This document shows, in pieces, positions 33,961-48,382 of a stretch of DNA of 64,000 nt (its first letter is position 1; each line of letters starts with the position of its first letter). A program made the translations under genes and the position numbers. This stretch comes from Proteromonas lacertae (taxonomy: Eukaryota), in contig NGBS01000602.1 in NCBI GenBank assembly GCA_002245135.1, positions 1 to 64,000 of the forward strand, written 5' to 3'. The notes under the pieces were generated by a model, which saw only the letters and a program-made list of their open reading frames with translations, made no database searches and was not told where the DNA came from.

Positions 33961-36900
33961 ATGATATTATATCAGTATTTTCTATTATTGTTACTAATTA
34001 AATTTACTACACAAGAATAGTATATATTAATACATTTAAATCATAGTTTGTCGTGTGACAGAGACAGTATTAAAGATTCAATAGATGTTGCTTACTCAAA
34101 CATTGTAAGTCGATTTACAGATTATTTGAATATTATACAACTGCAGTCAGATATATTGACAAAGCATCCAGTAATTACTCCTAAATTTCTTGTTAGTGAT
34201 TTTGTTCAGTGTAGTACAAGATTTCCAGGATATTTAAATATATCTGAACAAAAATCAGGTCAATATGCAATTATGTATATGCCAGACCCAGCAAAAGGAG
34301 ATTGGGATAATACCAAGAAACAAGAAATGCTAAACATCCTCAGTAGTGCAGATACAACTTTACATTTTCTTCAAAAGATGTTAGGAAGTCCAGCCAATGG
34401 AATAACATTAGGAGATTCTCCCTATATTGATATGACATGGCCTAGAAATAGTATTAACCCAAATAGCTGTGATTATGGTTATGGCAATATCTGGCAGAAT
34501 GAGCATTTCCTGTGGGCTTATTATGGGAATGAAGAGAATAATCCTGAAGGAATACCTTATATAACTCCGCCGTATGTAAGTAGTATGTTAACTACAGGAT
34601 TAACACGAATGATGACTTTATGTGCATTAGTTAAAGATAACAATGGTAAAAGAATAGGAATAATCAGTAGTGATATGTTATTGGATAATTATTTCAGTGA
34701 AATAATTGAGAAATATCGACCAACTGATAATAGTCATATTGTCATAGTTCAATCTAATGGAACAATTGCCTATACATTGAATGAAACAATAAATATATTC
34801 TTTAAAGAAAAATTAGATGATTCTATCAGTTATACTGATTTATATAATACAAAACCATTGCAAAATCAATCCGCTGAGTTTAAACGAATATATGAATTGT
34901 TGTTATTGAATAGAACCACTGAAAATGGAACAATTCATGAATTCAGTAATAAGCAGATTGATATGATGATAAATGATGAAATGCATATAGTAACTTGGAG
35001 TGATTTGATATATGACACATTTTATTTATTATATTTAACACCAATAACTGATTTAGAACAATTGGCTTCATGGAGTGGTAATAAAAACATTTTAGTGTTT
35101 AGATATAACACTGGAGATGAATCTGCACAAGCTGAAGTAGGCATCACTAACAATGGTTCATTACCTATCTCATTAGCATTAAGAAAACCATTAATTGGAA
35201 GTATATATAATACAAATATTGATGAATTATATGAAGTTCAAAAAGGTGAAACTTATAAATTTAATATTACTGCTAATCTAAGTCAATGCTATAATGAAGG
35301 TAATATAGAAGCAGGAGGTTATTGTGTATTGCCATTTGTTTCCATTCATAATCCCCATCCGAATACTGGAAGATGCTTTCATGATATTTCATTTAATTCA
35401 ATAGGAATGTTAAATGATTGTAAATTAAGTGATGTTGGATTGGAATTTCAGAAATGTAAAGGTACAGATTTGCCTATTAGAGTATTTTATAAACAGCCAC
35501 AATTATGTACAAAAGGTCTTGAAATACCTGATGAAGATGTAAATATTCCTTGCGATAATATATCAAAATCATGGCTGTTTTATATACAAATTGTATTTTC
35601 AGTAATTACAGTTCTACTCTCCTGTTTTATATTTATAATTTTTACCTTGCGAAAGTTTTTATGGGTTGCTTTAACCACTCAAAGAACTTATATTTTATCA
35701 ATTGGTTTAGGGTATATCATCTACACTGTATCTTGTCTTGTATTGACTGGAACTTCAGGTGATGTTAGTTGTTGGATTGGTTTGTATTTTTATTATTTAG
35801 CTAATGTTTTTATTTCATCGTATATATTTACATATTATTATTATATGTATAGTTCAAATTATTGTATAACACATCATACATCAGAAGAGGAAATAAAGAA
35901 GAATATGGTTTTAGAAAGTGATTATATATATTATTTAAAGCGATTTGGAGTGATATTCTTAATAACAGCAATTCTATCAGCTAGTTTGAATCAAAATACT
36001 TTTGTATATGAATATGATAGAGAAGGAATACCAATATTCTATGAATCATGTGGAGCTGAAATTCTGAATATCACATTATCTTTGGGTTGTTCATTAATTG
36101 CCTATTTTCTATCAATAATTGATTGTTTTAAATTACTAAGAATCAAATTAGAGCTTAAAGTATTAGTAATGATACTTGGTTTATTAATTGGTAATTGTTT
36201 ATTTATTGTATTAAACTTATTATTTGCATTACATGCGATATCATTTAGTAATGCATTAATGGTTGTTGTATTTTATATAGTAATATCAGTATTGTATTAT
36301 ATCATTGTGCCTTCATTACTCCATATTAAAATCATTAATAATAGTAAAACAGCTGTAGTTGGACCATATGCTACAATTAATGGAACTTATACTGCGATTT
36401 TAGCAGATCCAATCAGTAGATATTGTTTAATGTTTCATATGAGAGATTTGCATTTGGAGGAGAATATTTATTACTTTTTAGATTCTATAAAATTCTATAA
36501 ATATGGTAATAATCCAATGTGTAATTTGAAGAAATTACATGTTTATGCACAAAAAATAATTGACAGATATATAAAAGATGGTTCAAAGTATCAAATCAAT
36601 ATAAGTTCATCTTTGAAATCAGAGATATTGAAATCCTATAATGTTGCTAATCCAGATGTATCAATGTTTGAAAAAGTAGATCAAGAAGTATTCCATTTAA
36701 TTGTGCAAAACTGTGGACAGTCATTTTTAGCCAGTATTCATGCGACAAAAGCAAAAGATTTGATGAGATGGTTTAATGGGTTTGAACAAATGAATCCTGA
36801 GTTACAAGATGCTGTAGTTGAAAAGATAGTTGCTTATCGAGAAGAACAGAAATTAAAGAATGAAGGTGATGATGATGGAAAAGGCCAGAATTCTTCTGTA

Positions 36901-37236
36901 TTTAGTAGAAATGAAAGTTCTGATTTAGCTTTCCAATCTATTCAACATATGAATCCATCAGCTCCAAATACGATCATGAGAACTTCAAATCAGCCTGGTG
37001 GTAGTAGTAACAGTAGTAGTGCTGGTGCTGTAAGAATAACCAATTATGCATCACATGCTCACTTACTTATGAGTGATTCTTGTAGATCTATACACAACAC
37101 AATGAAAATAACCAATACTAGTAATGTTCCTACTCCAGGTAATATTACTGCTGCTTTGAATAATATTAAAGAACCAAGTGCTGCTTCTTCAAAGTTGAAT
37201 GATACAATCTCACCTGTTGAGCCTTTCAATAGTTAA
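33961..37236 (+). CDS. Cache-domain 7TM-RGS receptor-like protein
   Basis: Signal-peptide exon 33961-34019 and 27-nt intron. Cache-like YITPPY...IGIISSDM, ~7 hydrophobic helices, RGS box (EENIYY...IIDRYIKDGSKYQINIS). Confidence 0.8.
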
Positions 37237-37433
37237 ATATACATAACGTAAAATATAATAAAACCTATTTTAATCGATTATTTCTGTTTTTAAAACATTT
37301 TTTATATAACACATAGAATAAAACGATCAAATTTTTAAGAAACAAATTCGTTATTTCTTTTTCTCGTCTATATTTATAAATCTACCGAATATAATATAAA
37401 CATTAGATTATATATATAGATATCTTCAGAAAA

Positions 37434-39272
37434 ATGGGTAATTGTTTAGGAAGGTATGATTAGATCTTATTGTTTTATAGTAATTCTAACTTTAATAAAA
37501 AAATTATTAGTATAGAACATTTTGAGGTTGAAAGAGTTTTAGGAAAAGGTGGATTCGGAAAAGTAAATGCAGTTAAGAAAATTACAGCACCACACAAAGG
37601 TGAGTGGTATGCGATGAAAACTATGGATAAAAAAAGACTATTACATTCGACGAAAGGCGATGCTGCTCGTATAATGGTGTTTGCGGAAAGAAACATATTA
37701 GCACAAGTTCACCATCCTTTTATATGTAATTCTCACTGTATTAATATATTTTATTAATTATTTTATAATAGTCGCATTTCAAGATGATTATAATTTGTAT
37801 ATTGTTATGGATCTTGCTGTAGGAGGAGATCTTCGTTATCAAGTATATATATATACATTTATTATTATTTCTTAAAATAGTTATCAATAACTGAAAATGG
37901 TTTTGATGAAGAAAGATGTCGATTTTATATAGCTCAATGTGTTCTAGCATTATGCTATTTACACAGTAAAAAAATAATTCACAGAGATATAAAACCAGAT
38001 AATATGTTAATGGATGCTAAAGGTTACTGTAAATTAAGTGATTTTGGTTTATCTCGAACTTTACCTGAAGATGGGTATTGTAGAGAAGGTGGTGGTACTT
38101 TATCTTACATGGCACCTGAAATATATCTAGTAAAAGGGCATAAACACTCATATCCTTCGGATTGGTGGAGTGTAGGTATAATGACATATGAATTCCTTAC
38201 AAAAAGGAGGCCATACCATCAGAGTGAATTAAAAGAGATGACAGGAAGTACAGCTCACAAAGTACTGAGATTCGAAAAAGATTCACCAGCTTATGAAAAA
38301 TTAGCACCATTTTCAGATGAAGTGAAAGACTTTATCTATCAATTATTGCGAATAAATCCAAATAAACGACTAGGTGCCAATGGAGATAAAGAAGTTCAAT
38401 TTCATCCTTGGTTACAGTTTTTCGATTATAAATCCCTAATATCATTTAAATATCCATCAGTTCCATATGTTCCACGAACAGACGAAGCAAATTGTAGTAA
38501 TAAATACGAAGTGGATGATTTATATGAACAGAATAGGAATAAAATGAATGATCCATTTGTAGCAATGCAAAATGAATTATTCAGAGGTTATGAATATAAT
38601 ATAACGAATGATGAAGAAGAAGAGAATCGAAAACGACATCATCATCGTCATCAAGTAGTTCCAATTCCACAGAAGAAGCCAATAGGAGGAGAAGATGAAG
38701 ATGATAATAAAAGAGAACAACAAAATCATCATCATAATGATGATGGTGATGGTGAGAATAATGATGAAAATGATGAAAGTCATAAGTCAAGACACCGAAG
38801 TAATGAAGTAGTTCCATTTCAACCACCAACACCAGAATATAATCATCATGAAACACCAAATGAAGGAGAAAATAATGAAAATAATAATAATAATAATAAT
38901 AATAATGAAGATGAAAGAGGAGGTGAAGAAGAAGAAGATAAAGATATGCATCATCATGAACATTACAATCAACAACAAGGAGAAGAAATGATATTAGATT
39001 CAGCAGTTCCAGAAATGAAAATCAAAGCAAAAACCATCTTAACTCCACCACAATTAGCATTAAAGAATATGAAGAAACAATTTTCAAATGACTGTAATAA
39101 TATGGAGAGTACGTTTAGTAGAGTAGAAAGTTTTGAATTGAATAGTGGTAGACCATTAGCCTCTACTCTGTGTACCGAATCTGCAGTATGTAGTGGAAGA
39201 GAAGAATCTGGAAGACAAAGTGAAAAAACTTGTGAAGATGTAAGGGTAGTAGAAGATCCAGAACATCTTTAA
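37434..39272 (+). CDS. AGC kinase, STK32/YANK-like (spliced)
   Basis: MGNC N-terminus, [34 protein letters not shown]; low-complexity tail. Confidence 0.88.
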
Positions 39273-39565
39273 ATGATTATTTATTCGTAATTTGAATAAA
39301 AATAAAAATAATAATAAAAAGTGTGTATATAATAAATTATATATAGTATTAAATTACTCTCTACATTTTTAATTTTTCTAATTTGTAATGTAATGTGTTA
39401 TTTTATGGGGGATATCTATCATTATTTCATGCAATCAATCAAATAATATATTGAATAATATATGGATGAATATGTTAGTGAAAATAAAGATAAAAAAATT
39501 TACTATTAAACCACTCAATTATTGGTTTGAGGCTTGATTTGTTCTTTTTCTCTTTACTTTAGAAA

Positions 39566-40868
39566 ATGAGTGATTTATTGGATGAAAATTTACTATCCTT
39601 CTTGAAAGACGAATACAAAGTATATTCCGGCGTAAATATATTATTTAGATCATAAAATCATCACCTCGTTGTGGTATTTCGTATATCCTCGTGATAGAAA
39701 ACAAGTTAAGTACCGAACATGAAGTGTTGAAGGTGATTGATGTTAGAAAGTACCAAAAGAAAAGATCCAAGAATATTTGTCAGCTTTAGAAGTAGTTAAT
39801 AAAATCAATGATGAGCATAACTATCTTGTAAAATATTCGATGATAAAAGAAGAAAATGGTTATATTTATTTGAAGATGCGAGAATTTATTGGTTCATTAG
39901 ATGTTGAAGATATAAATATATATCCAATATATGAGAATATGATGAGTAAAGACTATAAAGAGAAAACAGAAGAGGAAGAAGAAGATGATGATGAAAAAGA
40001 AGAAGATGACGATGAAAAAGAAGAAGAAGAAGAAGATGATGATGAAGATGAAGATGATGAAGATGAAGATGATGATGATGATGATGAAAATAATCATAAA
40101 AATAAGAAATCACAAAGAAGAAGAAAGAAAATAGAATATAAATACAGAAAAGGAAGTTACAGATATAATGCATATTATGATATTTGTTATTCAGTATATC
40201 TTTTACACTCAAACAATCTTATTCATGGAAATATAAGTAAAAAGAATATATTCTATTACAGCAAACATTTCTATTTATCTGATTACTGTCAATACTTATT
40301 ACATGATGTTGACATTACAGAAAAAGTAGATGATGATATACATTATACAACTGTCAGAAGTAGAAAAGTATATGTCGGTAATAAAAAAGAAGATATATCC
40401 AGTTTAGGATATATTCAAGAATATTTATCTAAAATAGTTACAGGCCGTTCCTTTTATGATAGATATAACAAAATAGATGAAGATAGTAATCCTGATGCAG
40501 TAGTGCAATGGTTATGGGAAGATACACAAGATGGAGAATATTGTATTGAAGAAATTCTTAAGAAACTAAATAGTATAATTGATTATATATTATTTAATCA
40601 ATAATAGAATTGAAAGTTAAAGAATGGGAAAACGAGTATGGATTTGATCCAGAAACAGAGAGCTGTATGTATGATGAGATTGATAGATCTAGAGATGAAT
40701 AGTAAAAGTTTAAGAAAGAAGATTAGTGGATTAAGAGCAAAAATATTTGCATTTGAAAAAGAAAAAGAAGAATATATAAAGAGAATAAGAGAATTAGAAA
40801 ATGAGAATGAATCATTAACTAAAGGAAATAATGAATTATCTGTAAAAAGAAAGAAATTAACAGATTAA
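39566..40868 (+). CDS. Pseudokinase with acidic insert and coiled-coil tail (spliced)
   Basis: IHGNISKKNI replaces HRD and SDY replaces DFG; D/E run at ~39970-40086. Confidence 0.55.
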
Positions 40869-40913
40869 TGATAATAAAGATAATCATATTTTTATTATTC
40901 TACAATCAACCAT

Positions 40914-43040
40914 TTAGGATAGAGTTACTATTGTATAAAATCCATCATTGTTTATAATTACATATGGATATAAATTGTTTGGAAGATCTGTATATAATAC
41001 ATTATTACATTTAAATATATCAATAATTGAGAATGTTCTTTTCTTCTTATCAAATATTACTTCACAATTGTATTTATCCAAATGTAGTTTATCTATTTTG
41101 TGAGTTTTACCAATATTACCCCATTGAATTCTATTGCCAAGATTTATCTCACAATATTCTCCTTCTTTGCCATACTCCATTCTAGATGATTCTACAACAG
41201 CACCTATTCTAAAATCTAGTGATGAAGATGAGAAATAAGAAGTGATAGACTGCATTTTCCCATCTTTTATTTAACATACATCTTTTATTATTATTCCTAC
41301 TATTACTTCGAGTTGTTCTTTTATTTTCACTAATTTTATAGCCAAAAGTTTCTATAAAATGAATTTCTAAGATAGAATATAATTTCATTTTTTATACTTT
41401 CAAATATCGCTAATCTTATTGAATATTCTTTTTCATCCCAGATATTCTTAGCAACTATTCTTAAATAGCCTGCACATAATTCAGTTGTTAATCCACTAAT
41501 TTCACCTGTCTCTTTATTGAATGATAAACCATTTGGTAATTCTATTGATAAAATTATAACATTTATACTTGATTTTAGATAGAATTCTTCTACATCTACC
41601 ATCAACTATTGGTATTAAACATACTTTCACGTTTAAATATATCTCTCCTTCATATTCGAATTCTTTTATTCTTCTATCTATCAATATTACATTACATCTT
41701 TTATATACATTTTATTCTTTTTCTTTTCTTTCATCTTTTATAATCTCATTAATTAATTCATTCTCTCTATCTTCAATTCCTCTATTATGAATATAATAAT
41801 ATATATTGTTAATGTTTTCACCATGCTTTAAAAAGATTTTGTCATTTTCAATTAAATCATATACAATTTCCATTCCACATTTCTCTACCATTACATCAAG
41901 TATTTGATATAATTCACTTTCGTTTTCTCTCATATATGTAAATAAACATTTCAAAATATTTTCATTTCTTTTCTTTCTTTTCATAAAATCATTCCATTTA
42001 TTCATTTTATATTCATTTAATATTTCATCAAATAATTCTTTATATGTTTCATAGATTAAACATAAGTCATTTTCATATATCATTAACATTACCATCATTT
42101 TAATAATCATATTTCCTTCAACTAACAATACTTTTAACTCTTTATTATTTTCCATTAAAAAATTAGGATTAATCATTTCTTCTTCTATTAAAAAATAGAA
42201 TAGAAATGGTTTATACTTTTCATTTCGATTTCTTCATTTTCTTTTGGATACTTATCTATCACATATTCATATAATATTTGGTTTTTGATTTTTGGAATTG
42301 AGATATATCTTATTAACTGATTTGTTTCATTTTCATTTATTCTGTTCATTATCTCTTTCATTATTTCATTTTCTTCTTCATTCAAATATTTCTCATTCAT
42401 TAACATATAACCATTCAATAATTCTTTTAATTCACTTCTATTTCCATTAAATGTTACTTCATTACTAAAGATTTCTTTTATACTATTCACATTCATCTCA
42501 TTTATCATTTTATCATTCAATAATCGATAATTTTTCATACTTAAGTATTTATTCATTTCTATCTTCATTTCTAATAGATTCTTATTCTCAAGTATGTATT
42601 TCTCATTCAACAATTCAACAATCATTTTATCATTTTCATTCATTCTTTTCAGTATATACTCTTTCAGTATTTTCAACAATCTATTCTCATTATAACAAAC
42701 ACAAATCAATAACAGTTTAACACAGTTATTATCTTCAACATTTATATCATTTCCTTCATAATATCTTTCTAACATCAGAAATACATCTTTATTACATCCT
42801 TCATATAACTCTAATGGTTCTTTAAACTCTTTATCTTCTAAAATCTCTCGAAATGTGTCATTACAACAACACAATAATGATTTCAATGTTTTCATTTCTT
42901 CATTTTCAACTAATACTCTCAAATCACCATATCCACACTTTATCATTTTTCGAATAAGACTATTTAGATATATTATAGCATAATTGAGCCGATTGATTAT
43001 TATACCCTTCATTTTTATGTATATTTGATTTAATTATCAT
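40914..43040 (-). pseudogene. BTB-like + Ig-like (He_PIG) + SPRY-like paralog, apparently disrupted
   Basis: Exon 1 MIIKSNIHKNEG with the same intron position as the 11616 copy; LPNGLSFNKETGEISG; in-frame stop at 41712. Confidence 0.6.
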
Positions 43041-43325
43041 TTCTATAGTCTTAAAATTGATAAAATATGAAAAAGCTTGATACTTGTCAAATCAATGTAA
43101 TTTACATTTCAAATGTCATAATCAATTTTTCATTTCATGAGTTATTAATACTTAGTTACACATAAATAATAATAATAAACAATACACCTAACAACTATTT
43201 TTAACATATTAATTTCTAAACATTACAAATAAAACACAAAAATACAAAATATAGAAAAACAATTTCAATGTAAAACAAACTATGTAGTATTACACTAATA
43301 TTCACCATAATAGTAATAATAATTA

Positions 43326-44806
43326 CTATTGCTTATCCTCAAATACATAATTAATCAAATGTTCAATAGGAATTATTCTTCCACAACGATCAAGTTGATA
43401 TCTTGGATGGGTAATATCATATTCTAAATATCTTTCAATATCATCACCATTTGGAGCAATTTCAGTCCTTCTATAGTCAGAAATTGGAATATTCTGGATA
43501 AATCTGAAATATTCTTTCGCTGTTCCATCTTCTTCTTTTACAAATGATGTAGTTGAATTAATACCTGGTAAATTCTCCATCGTTTCTCTTTTACCTTTTA
43601 ATTCCATCACTTGAGTTGGTTTTGGTGATTCTGGTTCATTCTTTGTTACTGTTTTTGAATTTAAGTGTGTTTGAGAATTACAGGGAGATAATGGTGGAAA
43701 TGAATTAATAACATCTGATAATGAACCCATATCCATGTAATCTACATCATAATTGAATATATTATTATTATTATTATTATTATTTTGAATTGGTGTATAT
43801 TGTAATGGAGTTGTGTAACTTTCATTTTTTATTGATATTTGTAATGGAGGTGGTAATGTTGGTGATAATGGTTCAATTGGTGGTGGAGGTATTTCAATAT
43901 CTTGTACTTTCGATGTTTCATTGATATCTGGATATGATGAAATTGGTAATTCATTGTTAGTATATTCCATCACATCTGATGACTTTTCATCTAAAACTAT
44001 ATCATTCATCATTAATGGAGTAATATTGTTATTATTATTTGTAGATATTTTCATTGGTGATTTTGGTATGTCTTTATTATTATTATATTTATTATTCAAC
44101 TTCTTTGATGATGATGATAATGATGATTTCAAGGAATGAATAGGTGATAGAATACTCGATAGATTATTACTTAATCTATTTGTTATTGTGGTTGTGATGG
44201 ATGAAGGTGTTGTTGGAGTTGGAGTTGGAGTAGTAGTTGAACATCGTCGTGAGGTACATAGACGAAAAGGAGGTGAAGTAACTCTATCTCTACAGATTAA
44301 ATTATTATCGTCAAATTTTTCAAATAAATAAACATAAAAACTATACAAGAATTCTGTGTGTGTCAATGGTCTACCATAATTCCATCCCTTTAATCTTGGA
44401 TTTATAGTAAATACTATCTTATCAACCAACTATTCATATACATAGTGTTTAAATTTATACATTTCCTTTTTCTACAGCTAGATAATATGGAGATTCACTC
44501 AACATATCTGTATTTATACTGTCAATTGGAACTACATCACCCACGGAGTGAGCATCTGACTGTACACCTATTAATGAGAATCTGCCATAAACTAAAAAAG
44601 CAGGAGATTTGATTTCACTAGCATTGATATAGACATTTATTGATTGACCACAAAATCCATTTTCCTATTAGAATAACATTCTTCAAGACAAATACTTTAT
44701 GTTTACCATCGGTATGATCTGGAAAGCATAGGAGGTGTTTTTTGTTCTTTGTTTTATTGTTTCTCCTATAAATGGAACTCCAATTTATAGTTGGGTCTAA
44801 AAACAT
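43326..44806 (-). CDS. Hypothetical protein with Pro/Ser/Asn-rich middle (spliced)
   Basis: Two long ORFs joined through short introns; no family recognised. Confidence 0.65.
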
Positions 44807-44898
44807 GAAATAAAATTCTTCTGAAACGACTAACTATGCATTATTTTTAAAAATTCTAGTGAAAATAACAGCATTAAGAAACAAACAAATTAAATAAT

Positions 44899-45489
44899 TT
44901 ACAAACCAAGTAACTCATAATCATCATGTTCTTCTTTGAAATCTTGTAAATGTTCCCTGATTTTACTACTATCTACCCATGTGACATAATCTTCATTGTT
45001 TCTAGTGACTAAAAATGCAGGGTCAGTTACTATTTCTGGACCTACTCTCACTTGTCCTGTTTCAATTAATGTAATTGCTTCAGTCAAGTTTTGAGACATT
45101 CTTAAGCTTACCATCACAACTGGTAAACGTCTTCTGCAAAACCTAGAAGCTCCCAATTTTTCACAATCTACTAAACTACCTTGCTTTGGGATTAGTCCCA
45201 TATTATATAATTTTCCTAACAGCTGTTCTGTTGTTTTTTGACGATATGGACTATTAGCTTTCATTGCTTTCAATTTTGTTACTAATGAGGTTACTAAACC
45301 ACATATTTTGTTATATCTATTATTATATAATACACATAAAATGATTTACTTATAATAATCTTCTTTATGTTCTATGTGAAATCTTCTTATGACAGATATA
45401 TCGTGGAATTTCTTCTCTTTCTTATATTCTAAGAAGTTAGTTTTCTTTAATAACTTCTGTTCGTGAAATTTCAGCTTACGTAATGACAT
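44899..45489 (-). CDS. IMP3: U3 snoRNP protein IMP3
   Basis: RKLKFHEQKLLKK, FCRRRLPVVM, GQVRVGPEIVTDPAFLVTR; one intron. Confidence 0.97.
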
Positions 45490-45569
45490 TTTTATAATGC
45501 AAATATAAATACACTCAATACAATAGAAGACATCAGTTTTTTGTATTAGACAAAAACAAAGTGCAATAG

Positions 45570-47807
45570 ATGAATAATGAAAAGAATAATAGTTTAGATT
45601 TTAGTAATTCCTCCTTATGTAATTTAATAACTGTTGAAAACAGTGATAATACTTTTCATAAGTTAGTTCCTCTCCAGTTAGCTTTTTTATCTCCTACAAT
45701 TGTTAATATACTGAAACATAAGCATTTTAAAGAAAATAAAGAGAGAAGAATTATATTCCACTCAATATCAGCTAGTGTTTTAGAAGAAGTGATAAAATAT
45801 TTGAATTATGAATATTTAAGACAATGTAAATCATCTAAATCAGAAATGAAGTATAATGTACCAACTAATTTATCATATGATCTTTTATGCTTTAGTGATT
45901 ACTTAGAGTTAAATGGTTTAATAGATAAATCATCACAATCATTTGCTTTAAATTTTGAGAATATTATGACCTTTGATTTATTACCAGATTATATAATAGA
46001 CATAGTTTTAAGTTATCTATCAATCCCCAATCTAGTCAGAGCTGAGAAAGTAATTAAAAGAGAAAGGATTAATGTTTGTATAGATAAATATTGGAAAAAA
46101 TTATATCAGAAACAAACAGATACAAGAGATAAATTAATTCAATATTACTTAGAAAATTCAATATCAAATTCAGTATTTAATAGTAAATCAAATGAAGTGA
46201 TAATAATTGATTTAATTGAATTATTATTGCCAGAAGTAATAGAAATACATATTCATAATCCAAACTTATCTTTAAATATAATATCTACATTCTGTAGCAA
46301 TATGAATAAATTGAAGTCATTGGATTTATCAAATAATAATATAAATACTAAAATGTTGGAGATTTGGTGCAAATGTTTGAAGAAACATGAAATATATATA
46401 AATAAATTGAATCTGTCATCAACTAATATGAGAGATGAAGATATTAAAGTGTTATTTTCAAATATAAAATCATCTTATTTCCCTCCAATTCGTAATATCA
46501 AAACTTCTCCAATAACATGTGAAAGAAAATCATTGAAGAATGATAATAATATTTCATATTTTTATTCACCACATTCACCATTAAACAAACCAAAATCTAA
46601 CATAAATAATATAAAGAAAAAGAGAATTATTACATCAATAAACAAGTCAAAAATTAGTATAAATATCACTATCCCAAATCACCATTATATCTCCTTAGAT
46701 ATCCATAACAATCCTCTTAATAACAATAACAACTCAATATCTAAATCATCACTTTTATTAAAATCTTTAATTAATAAGAAATTAGATTTAATAGAGTTAA
46801 ATATATCAAATAATATACATATTGGAAATGAATGTAGTAGTATTATTGGAGAGTTATTAGAATACACAAAGACTTTAGAATGTTTGAATATTTCCAATAT
46901 AAACTTAGGATGTAATGGAATAAATGATATATTTGAAGGTTTAAACCATAATTCTACTCTAAAATCTTTAGATATTTCTTCAAATATTACATCTCCACAG
47001 TGTTTATTGGAAGAGCCAATGAATTATTTTTCATTAGAAAATGCGTTAAGAATTAATACTTCTTTAAAAGAACTTTCTTTATCAAATAATATATGTTCAA
47101 ATCAATTAATAGATAGTTTGATTAAAGGAATAGAAGTAAACACTTCAGTTGTTGTATTGAAATTATCAAGTTGTCATTTAAATAATATAAATTTCAAAGG
47201 TTTAACAACATCACTTTTTAATCATTCAATTCTTACTTCATTGGATATATCTAATAATTATATATCATCAAAGAATATGTGTGAATTTATTCAAATAATA
47301 AATAGATGTAAAATAAAGCATTTGGATATATCAAATAACAATATGAATTCTAAATTCATTTCTAAATTATCAAATGAGTTGAATAACAACAGCATTCTTA
47401 GTGTTTTAAATTTATCAGGTAAAATAAATAATGATAAAAATGAAATAGAATTGATTGGAAGTTATGGATTTAGTGAAATAAAAATATTCAATAATAATTT
47501 ACAAAAGTTATTTTTAAACAATCAAAATATTCGAGATACAGGTTGCATAAGTCTTTCTAAATGGTTAATTAATTCAAAAATAAATGAATTGTATGTGAGA
47601 AATAATGGAATAACTGCAAGAGGAATGATGTTTATCATTGATACAATCTCTGCGTTGTTTAAGAAATTAATAATAGATAATAATAATAATGAGTTAATAA
47701 TAATTTATATCGATTTAAGTGATAATTGCATAGATGAAACAGGTTTAATGACAGTAAAAGACATTTACAAATTATATGGTGAAAAGGTGAAGATTAGGTT
47801 GAATTGA
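45570..47807 (+). CDS. Skp1/ElonginC-like BTB + RNI-like LRR protein
   Basis: LSPTIVNIL...ISASVLEEVIKYL...SDYLEL, followed by LxxLDISxN repeats. Confidence 0.8.
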   Translation: MNNEKNNSLDFSNSSLCNLITVENSDNTFHKLVPLQLAFLSPTIVNILKHKHFKENKERRIIFHSISASVLEEVIKYLNYEYLRQCKSSKSEMKYNVPTNLSYDLLCFSDYLELNGLIDKSSQSFALNFENIMTFDLLPDYIIDIVLSYLSIPNLVRAEKVIKRERINVCIDKYWKKLYQKQTDTRDKLIQYYLENSISNSVFNSKSNEVIIIDLIELLLPEVIEIHIHNPNLSLNIISTFCSNMNKLKSLDLSNNNINTKMLEIWCKCLKKHEIYINKLNLSSTNMRDEDIKVLFSNIKSSYFPPIRNIKTSPITCERKSLKNDNNISYFYSPHSPLNKPKSNINNIKKKRIITSINKSKISINITIPNHHYISLDIHNNPLNNNNNSISKSSLLLKSLINKKLDLIELNISNNIHIGNECSSIIGELLEYTKTLECLNISNINLGCNGINDIFEGLNHNSTLKSLDISSNITSPQCLLEEPMNYFSLENALRINTSLKELSLSNNICSNQLIDSLIKGIEVNTSVVVLKLSSCHLNNINFKGLTTSLFNHSILTSLDISNNYISSKNMCEFIQIINRCKIKHLDISNNNMNSKFISKLSNELNNNSILSVLNLSGKINNDKNEIELIGSYGFSEIKIFNNNLQKLFLNNQNIRDTGCISLSKWLINSKINELYVRNNGITARGMMFIIDTISALFKKLIIDNNNNELIIIYIDLSDNCIDETGLMTVKDIYKLYGEKVKIRLN

Positions 47808-48382
47808 TATGTTGTGTATTACACAGTGAATAATAAGTTATTTATTTATTTATTTATTTATTATGTTTAATACAGGAAATATGATAATGATATACCTAAT
47901 AACAATATCATCCAAAATTTCGAATTATCTTCTTATTTCGATTATTTGTTGAATTTCAATATTTTTTTCTCTTTTATTCCATCCAAATTAACAATTTTCA
48001 TCATTTTCATATCATTTTCATGTTTTATAACCAAATCTATTTCATTAACATTCTTTTCTATTCTGTCTTTTATATTTCAATAACTCTTCTATTTCATGAA
48101 TTTTTCACCTTCTGATCCACTGCTATTCGTGACATGGATTTAATAATAATTATGCTGATGTTGAACTATCTTGACTTCTTCACTTCTTCTCATTTTTACT
48201 CTATTCTTTGTCTACAAATAAAAACAACTAAAACACTTTTGGATGAAATGGTATTATTAAGATTAATACTTCATTTATCACATATTTCATTTGATGAAAA
48301 TAGAGTCGTTTCAATAATCATTTTTATTATTTTTAAAGCAAAATTTATATTAAATTGTATGTATGAATATAAATAGTTTATA

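Noticed and set aside
33073..40212. Hydrophobic or His-rich alternative-frame and antisense ORFs
   Set aside because: Shadows of low-complexity tracts in CWC25, the kinase and the pseudokinase.
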